From: Candidatus Babeliales bacterium | GTDB taxonomy: Bacteria; Babelota; Babeliae; Babelales; JANWKD01 | DNA length: 64,000 nt | Reading direction: 5' to 3' | Assembly (NCBI GenBank): GCA_963722075.1 | Contig: CAVRJM010000001.1 | Coordinates: forward strand, 864,001 to 928,000 | In this document: piece after piece, positions 9,506-18,850 of the stretch | Layout of the letters: each line of letters opens with the position of its first letter | Position numbering within the stretch: position 1 is the first letter of the stretch | Notes under the pieces: model-generated | The model's input: only the letters and a program-made list of their open reading frames with translations | Database searches by the model: none | Told to the model about the DNA's origin: nothing | Program-made: the position numbers and the translations under genes

Positions 9506-10643
9506 CAGGACTTGCGCAAATAACTTAAAGATATGATCTAGGCGTATTTTAAAAAAATAATAGGCTCTCCTAAAACAACTAAATCGAAGGAGAACCTAAA
9601 TGATCATTGTTAATAATATAGCAACTTATCCATTACTTACAATCCTTACCAATATTGGGAAAAGAAGTTTTGAAAATATGGGTAAGCTCATCAAAAAAAG
9701 TGGTGACACTGTTAATCGCATGTTGCGATCAGGACGTGAAAGCCTTGAACAATCAAAAAGAATTGCCCAACAAATTTTTGCTCATAAAAAAGAGCTATTA
9801 GTAATCATAGATGAAACAACTATTAAGAAAATTTACTCCCAAATGATGGATGGTACGTGTTGGTTTTTTGACACAAAAATTGGTAGATCCATTAACGCAT
9901 ATAAATTGCTTATTAGTGCCATTTCCGATGGTAAATTTACTGTGCCAATCAATACTGTTTTTACATTTGGAAAAGAGTTTTATCAGAATCCCAAGCAAGC
10001 ATTAATAATCACGGTACAACTATTTATCATCGAAGCTCAAAAACTTTTTCCCAATGCAAGAATTATTGCAGTTTTGGATGGTGCATTTGCTTCGGTGGAA
10101 TATTTAAAATGGGCTATAGAAAATAATATTGCAACCGAAGTGCGTATGCATAGTAACCGTGTAGTTGAATATAAAGGGAAAAAAAGAAAGTTGCGTGAAA
10201 TTAAAGAAATACGCCCAAAGGGCCGGCAGATGGCTCGCACTGTAACCATTGTTTGGCATGGTCTTTCCCTTTACATTACTGCCGTAAGGCGCATTGATAA
10301 GCATGGTAATGAAACTATTGTTTACCAGGCTGCAACGTATAAAGCCACTCCAAAGCAACATGCTACTAATTATAAAAATCGTTGGGGAATAGAAAAATTA
10401 ATCAGAACTTCTAAGCAAAGCTTAGGCCTTCAAGAATGCTTTTCCAGAAAAATAGTTACGCAATTTGATCATATCTGCGCTGTCTTCTTAGCTTATTCAA
10501 TCGCTCAATTGGAAATGAAAAGAAATTCTTATAAGAATCCAGAAGCCGCTATCACAGCCTTTAAGAATAAAAATCCTTCTTCTCTAAATCGTATGTTCAC
10601 TCGATTAGATCGTTATATTGGTGCTATTTATGCGTAAGTCCTG
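9506..10643 (+). mobile_element. IS701-family insertion sequence (copy B)
   Basis: TIRs CAGGACTTGCGCA (9506-9518) / TGCGTAAGTCCTG (10631-10643); 6-bp target duplication TTTAAT (9500-9505 and 10644-10649). Confidence 0.92.
9600..10637 (+). CDS. IS701-family DDE transposase
   Basis: IIDETT.KK, VLDGAF, YKNRWGIEKLIRTSKQSLGL.EC. Confidence 0.9.
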   Translation: MIIVNNIATYPLLTILTNIGKRSFENMGKLIKKSGDTVNRMLRSGRESLEQSKRIAQQIFAHKKELLVIIDETTIKKIYSQMMDGTCWFFDTKIGRSINAYKLLISAISDGKFTVPINTVFTFGKEFYQNPKQALIITVQLFIIEAQKLFPNARIIAVLDGAFASVEYLKWAIENNIATEVRMHSNRVVEYKGKKRKLREIKEIRPKGRQMARTVTIVWHGLSLYITAVRRIDKHGNETIVYQAATYKATPKQHATNYKNRWGIEKLIRTSKQSLGLQECFSRKIVTQFDHICAVFLAYSIAQLEMKRNSYKNPEAAITAFKNKNPSSLNRMFTRLDRYIGAIYA

Positions 10644-11121
10644 TTTAATACCCAATTTCATAAACAGTTGTTTAATTTTCTGACGCTTATTCAATCGAAC
10701 TTCCATGCGCAAAATCTCAAACTTTTTTCTTTCCCTGAACCAGGGGAACAACGAATAAAGCAAGGCACTATCTTTATCTATCTTCTTTTGCTGCTCTTCT
10801 TTGCTTTTTCCATATCCTGAACCTTGTCATAGAAAACAATTCATATGTGTTGCAATACCACTTATAACTATGGCCATTATTACCATATTTGAGTTTGATT
10901 TGTATCAAGCGAAATCTTTATATTGAACAAAATTAATTGAAATTAAGTTGTTTAGCGGCTTACTTGCTCATCGAGCCCGATAATATATTTCGGAAATTCG
11001 AAAGATAATTAAGAACCATTAATTTTAGTTATTCGTATTTTCCAACATTGAATTTTTTTTAAATATATATATAATTATATTATTCTAATTGCTATATTAA
11101 ATGCTAGGCATAGCATAAAAA

Positions 11122-14100
11122 ATGAACCCAAAACACAAAAAAGCTTATTATTTTTTCAATAAAGGTCTGTTTATTAATCTTAATAGTTTTATTGAATTAG
11201 AAAATAGAATCTTTGAGTTACCAGATTACGAGCGAGGCGATGCATTTGAGGTATTTGCTGAAGCTTATTTTAAAACCCAAATAATTCACCAAGCCCAAGA
11301 AGTATGGCCTGAAAGCGAATTGCCAGAAAATATACGCCATAAATTAAAATTACCACCCACAGATATGGGTATAGATGGAGTTTTTCAAACACATAATGGT
11401 GAGCATCATGCTTATCAAGTAAAGTACCGAACAAACAGACTCAATCTTTTATGGGATGAACTTTCAACATTTATGGGCCTAAGTGATAAATCGGATAAGA
11501 GGGTTCTTTTTACCAATTCCAATGATATATCATATGTAATGAACGATCGTTCAAATTTTTACTCTATTAAGAGTAATGATTTAGATAAGCTTGATAAATC
11601 AGATTTCCAAGCAATAGAAAATTGGTTAAAATCTGGTTCAATAGTGCGACAAAAAAAATCACCGCTTCCCCATCAAACCGATGCAATAGATGATATTTTA
11701 CAGGAACTTAATGTTAAAAATCGTGCTACTGCAATTATGGCATGCGGTACAGGAAAAACATTAGTAGGCCTTTGGGTTGCTGAAAAAATGAATGCTCAAA
11801 CAGTTCTTGTATTATTACCTTCTCTTGCATTAGTAAAACAGACCCTTCATGATTGGGCAAGACAAAATAGTTGGAATACATTTAATTATTTATGTGTTTG
11901 TTCTGATACTACTGTTATCAATAGTGAAGATAAAACAATCTTCAAACAGCATGATTTGGATTTTCTAGTTACTACTCAAAAAGAGGCTGTTGAACAATTT
12001 CTTAACAATCAAACCATTGCTCAAAAAATTATTTTTTCAACCTATCAATCAAGCAAGATTGTTGCAGAAGCAATGCCACAAGGATTTTCATTTGACTTAG
12101 CATTATTTGATGAGGCTCATAAAACAGCATCTCGCAAAGAAGCTAATTTTGCTTTTGCTTTGCAAGACAGGAATGTATCAATAAAAAAACGATTATTTCT
12201 TACAGCAACACCTCGTCATTATAATGTAAATAAAAAAGACAAAGAAGGCGATCAACAGCTTGTTTTTTCTATGGATGACCAAGCAATATATGGCAAAGTG
12301 GCACATCAACTTTCATTAAGATCCGCCGTACAAAAAAAGCTAATATGTGATTATAAAATAATCATATCAATAGTAGATTCTGAAACGATTAATCGCGAAT
12401 TACTAAAACAAGGTGAAGTTGTTGTTGAAGGAGATATAATTAAGGCACAAAGAATTGCTAACATTTTAGCATTACAAAGTGCTGTTGAGAACTATTCAAT
12501 AAAGCGTATATTTTCATTTCATAATTCAGTACAATCAGCTAAATCATTTACAGCCACTACAAATGAAGGCGTTGGTGCATATCTTAAAGATTTTATTTCA
12601 TTGCATGTCAATGGAGGGATGTCTACTAGTAGGCGTGAAACAATTTTAAAAGAATTCGAAGAATCAGAAAAAGCTATCATTTCCAACGCACGTTGCCTTA
12701 CCGAAGGTGTTAATGTTCCTGTAGTAGATATGGTGGCATTTATATCACCTAAAAAAAGCCAAGTAGATATTATTCAAGCAACAGGAAGAGCTATGCGTAC
12801 AACTGAAGGAAAAAGTTTAGGTTATATATTGATTCCATTGTTTATGCAAAAAGCAGAAAATGAAACTATTGAAGAAGCACTTGAAAAAACTCAGTTTGAT
12901 ACCGTATGGGATATACTACAGGCTATGAAAGAACAAGATGAAAGTTTAGCTGAAATTATTGGCCAGATGAAAGAAGAACTAGGCAGAAGTCTCGGCTTCA
13001 ATGACAATAGATTGAGAGAAAGAATCGAAATTTTAGGCCCCAAATTGTGTATAGAGAAACTACGCAAATCAATAACTTCTATGATTGTTGATAAATTAGG
13101 TTCCGATTGGGATGAACGATTTGGAGAACTTGTTCGATTTAAAGAAGAAAATGGTCATTGTAATGTCCCGATTAAATTTTCTGCTAACCCTTTACTGGGA
13201 ATTTGGGTTAGTACACAACGAACACGATATAAAAAAGGAACTATTCGCTCTTATCAAATTGAGAAACTTAAATCTATTGATTTTTCTTGGGAACAATTGA
13301 AAGATGCTTTTCAGGTTCAATATGATTATCTTCTAAGATTTAGAAAAGTATATCCGCATAGATGGCCCAAGCAAAAAGAAGAATTTCCAGAAGGAAATCC
13401 GTTAGGTAGATGGTGTGCACAAAAACGTTCAAATAAAACAAATTTAGAAAAATGGAAAATTGACTTGCTTAGCATAATAGGTTTTCCTTGGAACCTATTA
13501 GATGAGTTTTTTGAAATAAGATATAATGCTTTAATTGAATTTAAAAAAAGCCACCCAAGTCGATGGCCAAATTATGATGAAAAATTTTCTAAAGACATTA
13601 AACTGCAAGTTTGGTGTGATAGTATTCGTCAAAGATATAAAAAGAAATCAATTAAAGAATGGCAAGTCAAAAAATTAAATTCGATTAATTTTCCCTGGAA
13701 TTTAGAAGAATTTTATTGGATGCAGCAGTATGAATATTTAATCGAATTTCGTAAAATTAATTCAAAGCGTTGGCCAAAAAATGATGAAGTTTTTCCTAAT
13801 GAAAATAAATTAGGCATGTGGTGTAGTACGCAACAGGATAGATTTAAAAGGAGCACTTTATTAGATTGGCAAATTAAAAGATTAAATGAGATTGCATTTC
13901 CATTTAAAAAAGAAAAACTTATGATAGCTTGGCTAAAGCAATATAACTATCTATTGGACTTTAGAAAGATTTATTGTAATCGATGGCCAACCAATATCGA
14001 ACAATATCCAAATCAAAATAAACTTGGATATTGGTGTAAACGGCAGAGATGCCAACTTAAAAATTTGGCTAATTGGCAGATTGAAAAACTTAATAAAATA

Positions 14101-14337
14101 CGTTTTCCTTGGGCAGTTGATTTAGAAAAAAAATATCAAAATAACTGGATAAAAAAGTATAATTTTTTAGTAGAGTTTAGGAAAATATTTCCTCATCGTT
14201 GGCCCAATCGTGGTGAAAAATTTCCAGGAAACAATACGCTTGGAAAATGGTGCCATGATCAAGCATATCGCAAAAATCAGTTATCTGAATGGCGAATTGA
14301 AAAATTAAATGAGATAGGTTTCCCTTGGAAAACATAA
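11122..14337 (+). CDS. Mrr-like nuclease + SF2 (DEAH) helicase with six helicase-associated (HA) repeats
   Basis: GDAFE..DMGIDGV..YQVKYR; MACGTGKT, FDEAHK, LTATP, LTEGVNVP, QATGRAMR; six repeats of type W...(Y/F)..L..F......P........LG.W...QR........L..I.F.W. Confidence 0.9.
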   Translation: MNPKHKKAYYFFNKGLFINLNSFIELENRIFELPDYERGDAFEVFAEAYFKTQIIHQAQEVWPESELPENIRHKLKLPPTDMGIDGVFQTHNGEHHAYQVKYRTNRLNLLWDELSTFMGLSDKSDKRVLFTNSNDISYVMNDRSNFYSIKSNDLDKLDKSDFQAIENWLKSGSIVRQKKSPLPHQTDAIDDILQELNVKNRATAIMACGTGKTLVGLWVAEKMNAQTVLVLLPSLALVKQTLHDWARQNSWNTFNYLCVCSDTTVINSEDKTIFKQHDLDFLVTTQKEAVEQFLNNQTIAQKIIFSTYQSSKIVAEAMPQGFSFDLALFDEAHKTASRKEANFAFALQDRNVSIKKRLFLTATPRHYNVNKKDKEGDQQLVFSMDDQAIYGKVAHQLSLRSAVQKKLICDYKIIISIVDSETINRELLKQGEVVVEGDIIKAQRIANILALQSAVENYSIKRIFSFHNSVQSAKSFTATTNEGVGAYLKDFISLHVNGGMSTSRRETILKEFEESEKAIISNARCLTEGVNVPVVDMVAFISPKKSQVDIIQATGRAMRTTEGKSLGYILIPLFMQKAENETIEEALEKTQFDTVWDILQAMKEQDESLAEIIGQMKEELGRSLGFNDNRLRERIEILGPKLCIEKLRKSITSMIVDKLGSDWDERFGELVRFKEENGHCNVPIKFSANPLLGIWVSTQRTRYKKGTIRSYQIEKLKSIDFSWEQLKDAFQVQYDYLLRFRKVYPHRWPKQKEEFPEGNPLGRWCAQKRSNKTNLEKWKIDLLSIIGFPWNLLDEFFEIRYNALIEFKKSHPSRWPNYDEKFSKDIKLQVWCDSIRQRYKKKSIKEWQVKKLNSINFPWNLEEFYWMQQYEYLIEFRKINSKRWPKNDEVFPNENKLGMWCSTQQDRFKRSTLLDWQIKRLNEIAFPFKKEKLMIAWLKQYNYLLDFRKIYCNRWPTNIEQYPNQNKLGYWCKRQRCQLKNLANWQIEKLNKIRFPWAVDLEKKYQNNWIKKYNFLVEFRKIFPHRWPNRGEKFPGNNTLGKWCHDQAYRKNQLSEWRIEKLNEIGFPWKT

Positions 14338-14433
14338 AAACAATTCAATAATTAATCTTATTGGTTTTTTCTCATTGAACCCTTCTGTATTCATATAAAC
14401 TATCTTGTATATATTTTTCAAAGGAATATTTTT

Positions 14434-14727
14434 ATGAACCAACAATCTTCTATATTTAGCCATATATCTAGCAATGAAAAAAAGCAAAAATGGTTTCTTT
14501 TAATAAAAACTTTAATACAAGCTCGAATTTCAAAAGGTAATACTGATGAATCTAAGTTATTTGCTGAATTAAGAGTTTTAAAAGACTTAGTTAATAATAA
14601 TGACTATACTTTCATGTTCTACTCTTATCTGAAAATGTTATGTAACTTTTTAGTCACTATTATTTTATCCCAAAAAGAAATGTTTTTTGCATTATTGAGG
14701 TTCATAAAATATGGCATCAATGCTTAG
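14434..14727 (+). CDS. Hypothetical protein (possible remnant)
   Basis: 97-aa ORF with AAGGA upstream; overlaps the end of the convergent gene. Confidence 0.3.
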   Translation: MNQQSSIFSHISSNEKKQKWFLLIKTLIQARISKGNTDESKLFAELRVLKDLVNNNDYTFMFYSYLKMLCNFLVTIILSQKEMFFALLRFIKYGINA

Positions 14728-15741
14728 GCGCTTCTTAAAATTTTCTTTTATTTGTTCTTTAAGTTTATCCATTTCGGCATATGGCAAATCGTAAATTGTA
14801 TCTAGTTCAAGAAAAATGAATGCGCATTGTCTTTCAGATTCTTTTGCATATTGCTTTAGTTGAGGGGTAAGCTGAGTTATTCTTCTAAAAATATACTCCT
14901 TAAAAAAAATTTCAAGCTGATCTTCTGCGTAAGATAATTGATCTTCAATTGTAACGAGACCTAACTCAATTGTATCTTTTCGTTCATAATGCACATTAAC
15001 CTTATAAGGATGTTTCAACTTAATATCGTTTGAATTTCTCTTTTCATCAACAATTTGATTAATAAAATTTTTGAGATCTTTAATATGAGATTCTTCTAGA
15101 TCTTGAGGATGTGCACTATAAGAAAAATTGTGCCATGGACGCAGGCTGCCAGATTCCCAAAATCCTGGTTTTGTTTCTAAAAAGGTAATATGTCTTTTAA
15201 CGAAGGTTTTAACTGGCTCAGATTCATGAATAAATTTACACTCTACAATTACCACATCACCATCTTTAGTTGCACGAAAATCTGGCGTTTTCTTATCATC
15301 TTCTCTGGGAATTCTTTCGATACTATATCCCATATTTATGAAATGTAGCATCCCTTTTAGTTCACCGTAAAAATCGTATAGTTTATTATGAACGCCATTA
15401 ACTGTCTTATGTTTAGCAAATGGCAACAAATCAGCGCACATTTTTTTAAACTCATCTTTTCCCAACGATTCATAAATTTTTTTTAAATCTATTTCCATTT
15501 TTTCCATACGATTTTTGCAAGATAAGCCTAATTCGTTATCATTATCTGAAAGCCATAACCATTGAAAATGTGGTATAAATAACCAATCGTCACAGTCTAT
15601 GGCTGATCCATATGTTTTGATGTGCTCTTTAATAACTGGAAGATATAATTGTGAGATCAATGGGTAACATTCAGCTTTTTTTGTAAGATCGGCTATTAAT
15701 ACTTGATGATTTTGAAATATTTTTGAAGTAAAATTTCCCAT
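14692..15741 (-). CDS. PD-(D/E)XK nuclease-superfamily protein
   Basis: KTPDFRATKDGDVVIVECKF, with an upstream GEL helix. Confidence 0.65.
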   Translation of the reverse strand: MGNFTSKIFQNHQVLIADLTKKAECYPLISQLYLPVIKEHIKTYGSAIDCDDWLFIPHFQWLWLSDNDNELGLSCKNRMEKMEIDLKKIYESLGKDEFKKMCADLLPFAKHKTVNGVHNKLYDFYGELKGMLHFINMGYSIERIPREDDKKTPDFRATKDGDVVIVECKFIHESEPVKTFVKRHITFLETKPGFWESGSLRPWHNFSYSAHPQDLEESHIKDLKNFINQIVDEKRNSNDIKLKHPYKVNVHYERKDTIELGLVTIEDQLSYAEDQLEIFFKEYIFRRITQLTPQLKQYAKESERQCAFIFLELDTIYDLPYAEMDKLKEQIKENFKKRLSIDAIFYEPQ

Positions 15742-15935
15742 ATGAATTCCAATAAAAACTACTATTTTCTTAACATAATAAGTTTATCATATTTCATAAG
15801 CCGTAATATAACTTTAATAGTTATTAACTTTAAAAAATTCGAGCAATTTGAAGATCAAGTAATTGATATTTTTAAGAATAATATAGAAAATTTGCAATAA
15901 CCCCAGCTTAAAAAATAATTTTATAAAAGATATAT

Positions 15936-16426
15936 ATGACCTCAGAAAAATTACATTATAAAATTCGTGAAAATAGAGGGCGAAGAATGAGAGAACCATT
16001 TAAGCTGGAATTTTTTGAAAAAACCGAAATATTACTTGATAACTCGCAACTCTTAAATATAAAGCAAAGCGATCTTCTTACAGATAAATTTTGCAGTATG
16101 TTTGCAAAAGGAGATGATAATAATTATGCAAAAATTATCAAAGCAAATAGCATATTGTTAGTTTCAGAAAAACTTAAGAAGTTGTTCGAAAATATGCAGG
16201 CTTCTTGCTTAATTCTCTTTCTTCGTAATGCTTATCAATTAGGAGCAATCAAAATTAATGCTCAAGATATAAAAATATCTTAAACTTGGATGGCGATACT
16301 ATTTTTATACTATCAGAAGACTTAGAAAACGGTATTGATTTGACATTCTATGAAGAGAATGGAAATACAATATATGAAGTAACAGTCTTGGGTATGATAT
16401 GGTCTGCGTTCATTACAAAATATTGA
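15936..16426 (+). pseudogene. Frameshifted hypothetical (immunity-protein-like) gene
   Basis: ORF 15936-16283 continues in another frame as NLDGDTIFILSEDLENGIDLTFYEENGNTIYEVTVLG to TGA 16426. Confidence 0.45.
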
Positions 16427-16449
16427 ATGATATTTTAATGTTCAATATT

Positions 16450-16804
16450 AATAAATATGAATTAATTGTTGTTGATTATAAAGCTACATCAAAAACTACA
16501 GCAGTTTCTTTGGATGCCGATTGGCAAATTGCTTATAAACGGCAAGCCGAAATTTACCAATGGCTTTTAAGAAAGAATGATTTTTCTGTTTCTAATATTG
16601 CTTATTTTGTTTATGTAATGGAAAAAACTGCGAGGGCTTTGATAAAAAACTTCTTTTTGATGTATCAGTTCTGCCTTACAATGGTAATGATGCTTGGGTA
16701 GAACCTGTAATTATTGATGCTTATAAATGTTTGCAAGCCTCTAATATTCCGCCTCTAATGGATTTTGCCAATATTGGAAAAGTATTAGAAAACATATTAA
16801 TTAA
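16450..16804 (+). pseudogene. Truncated, frameshifted PD-(D/E)XK (Cas4/AddB-like) nuclease
   Basis: LIVVDYKAT...YKRQAEIYQWLLRKN..YFVY; shifted frame CNGKNCEGFDKKLLFDVSVLPYNGNDAWVEP; final CQYW; N-terminus absent. Confidence 0.7.
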
Positions 16805-16850
16805 AATTAATTTTTATCATTTAGAAGATAAATCATAAGGTAGGTAAAAA

Positions 16851-17675
16851 ATGAATGCTCATTATGTTCCGCAATTTTATTTAAAAAAGTTTTTAGATAC
16901 CACAAAAGGACAATTGTTTGTTCTTGAGAAAAAATCTTTAAATATTAAAATGGAACCAATAAAAAAAATTTGCTCCGAGAAAGATTTTTTTCAAATAGAT
17001 GGGATTGAAGAATGCGCTAAGGGATTAGGTCTTGAGCACATAAAAGATGATCGTGGTATAAAAATAACTAAAGATTATTTTGAAAATGAGTTATCAAAAA
17101 AAGAATCACACATATCAACAATTCTAAATTTAATAATCTCATCTAATAGTTTTGACCAAATCAACAAAGAGGAATTATGGTATTTTTTAGAATGGGTAGC
17201 ATTTTTATATATAGCTAATCCTTCTACAAAATCTTTATTACAACAAAGAGACCCGCTTGGTTCTGAAACTTCGCGAAATGGAGGTATCATTTCCTGGCAT
17301 GAAAAAATTAAAATGGTTTTTTTGGCAAGAACCTGGGGATTAGCAGTAAGCAAAAAACAATTATTTACAAGCGATCGTCCAGTCGTTTTACATCAAAAAA
17401 TACAAAATCCGGTTGATTTAATTGAATTGGGAAAAACAGAAATCTATTTTCCATTATCTCCTCAACATTTACTAATAGGAAAACCTAATAACAATCTAAA
17501 ATTTGAGGCTTTAAAATTAAAAGAAGAATTGCCTGAACAAGTTAGTTCATTTGTTAACCGATTGCTTTACGATAATGCTGAGCAGAAATTATTGGCGACC
17601 AGATTAGAGGCTCTAAATGAGTTGAAAAACATGGTTAATCCATCATTAAAAATAACTTTGTACAATTTTCATTGA
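16851..17675 (+). CDS. DUF4238-family protein
   Basis: HYVPQFYLKKF, FTSDRPV and FPLSPQHLL motifs. Confidence 0.85.
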   Translation: MNAHYVPQFYLKKFLDTTKGQLFVLEKKSLNIKMEPIKKICSEKDFFQIDGIEECAKGLGLEHIKDDRGIKITKDYFENELSKKESHISTILNLIISSNSFDQINKEELWYFLEWVAFLYIANPSTKSLLQQRDPLGSETSRNGGIISWHEKIKMVFLARTWGLAVSKKQLFTSDRPVVLHQKIQNPVDLIELGKTEIYFPLSPQHLLIGKPNNNLKFEALKLKEELPEQVSSFVNRLLYDNAEQKLLATRLEALNELKNMVNPSLKITLYNFH

Positions 17676-17678
17676 AAT

Positions 17679-17866
17679 ATTTTTTAGTATTACTCTAATG
17701 TAATATTAAATGACTAAATATCAGTCTTCGCTACCAGCTTCGCCCGACATGGCAATCTTGATGTGCTGTAACATAAAATCAATGATCAAAATATTTGTTC
17801 CTGCATGTATCACTATGTGACACCAGGCATTTCTGAAGGAAATGACTGGCAGGCCAGTTTCTTTAA
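17679..17866 (+). repeat. att-like repeat copy C (right island boundary)
   Basis: Diverged direct repeat of 7784-7971; its 27-bp hairpin is inverted relative to copy A. Confidence 0.88.
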
Positions 17867-17898
17867 GGAATTGATGGCGTAGATTGTCCATAGGAGTC

Positions 17899-17965
17899 CC
17901 TGCCCGCCATAGCTGTTTACTCCGCCATAGCTCGAAGAGCGACGGCTGGATGCTAAGCCGGTAGG
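17899..17965. repeat. Nested REP-like palindromic element
   Basis: GC-rich; inner unit TCCGCCATAGCT...AGCGACGGCTGGA also present at 56314-56344. Confidence 0.75.
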
Positions 17966-18142
17966 TATGGATAAGTCGTAAGCGGAAGCTTAGCTTTTCT
18001 GCAATGATATTCCCATGTAGCACAATCATTTTTCCTTGGGTATGTGATAAATTCTTGAATTAACAAATGCTCGTGGATTAACATTCATTAACCCGTCAAA
18101 AATTTTTATATAAAATCTAAAAAAGTATAAAGGAGCGGTATA

Positions 18143-18721
18143 ATGAACTCTAAAAATAATAAAATTGATATAGATGTAGACATATACGCATTGCCTCTCA
18201 AACAATTAAAAGAAAATTGGAATTGGTATTTATTATTAGGAATATGCTCAGTTGTTTTCGGTACCTTCGCAGCAATTTATTCAGTTACAACAACTATTTT
18301 TTCAATGATATACATCGGCATTTTTTTGATAATTTTAGGGATTTTTGAAATAATACAATCATTCACGTTAAGTCAATGGAGTAATTTTTTTCTTCATCTA
18401 TTTCTTGGTATTTTATATGGTGTTGGAGGTATATTAATAGTATCCCATCCAACCATTAATGCTATTAGCTTAACATTATTGTTAGCTGTCTTTTTTATTG
18501 TTTCTGGTATCTTCAAAATTGTGGTACCCATTTTTAAAAAAATCCCCCATAAAGGTTGGGTCATTTTCAATGGCATTTTAACGTTAATTCTCGGGGGTCT
18601 TATTTTATATCAATGGCCCTTATCAGGTTTATGGGTAATTGGATTATTTGTTGGCTTGGAGGCAATATTTTCAGGCTGGAGTTTAATAATGTTATCATTA
18701 TTGGCAAAAAAGAACTTATAA
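18143..18721 (+). CDS. HdeD/DUF308-family membrane protein
   Basis: WNWYLLLGI...WPLSGLWVIGLFVGLEAIFSGW pattern; about 6 TM. Confidence 0.88.
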   Translation: MNSKNNKIDIDVDIYALPLKQLKENWNWYLLLGICSVVFGTFAAIYSVTTTIFSMIYIGIFLIILGIFEIIQSFTLSQWSNFFLHLFLGILYGVGGILIVSHPTINAISLTLLLAVFFIVSGIFKIVVPIFKKIPHKGWVIFNGILTLILGGLILYQWPLSGLWVIGLFVGLEAIFSGWSLIMLSLLAKKNL

Positions 18722-18850
18722 TTTATAAGTTTTATAAATGTGGCTTCGCCAGCTTCTTTAAGGCAATAAATTATTTTCAGATATAAAATAAGAGCATTTT
18801 TAAAAAACCAATTGACTACTTTTTGTCTATAGATCATACTATTCGAGATA

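Larger units (their letters stand above)
9137..10925 (-). pseudogene. Decayed replication-initiator-like gene (Rep_trans/phage CRI-like) split by IS copy B
   Basis: Minus strand 10650-10925 reads (with frameshifts) GHSYKWYCNTYE..FYDKVQDMEKAK..FEILRMEVRLNKRQKIKQLFMKLGIK; it joins in frame across the target duplication to TDLTFKKLFKPAIAKKVLLHYLDEIESK (ORF 9137-9451). Confidence 0.6.

Noticed and set aside
152..10643. Existing composite transposon bounded by the two IS copies
   Set aside because: Each IS has its own distinct target duplication, so they inserted independently
17721..18029. 102-aa minus-strand ORF
   Set aside because: Runs through the att repeat and REP-like element; spurious
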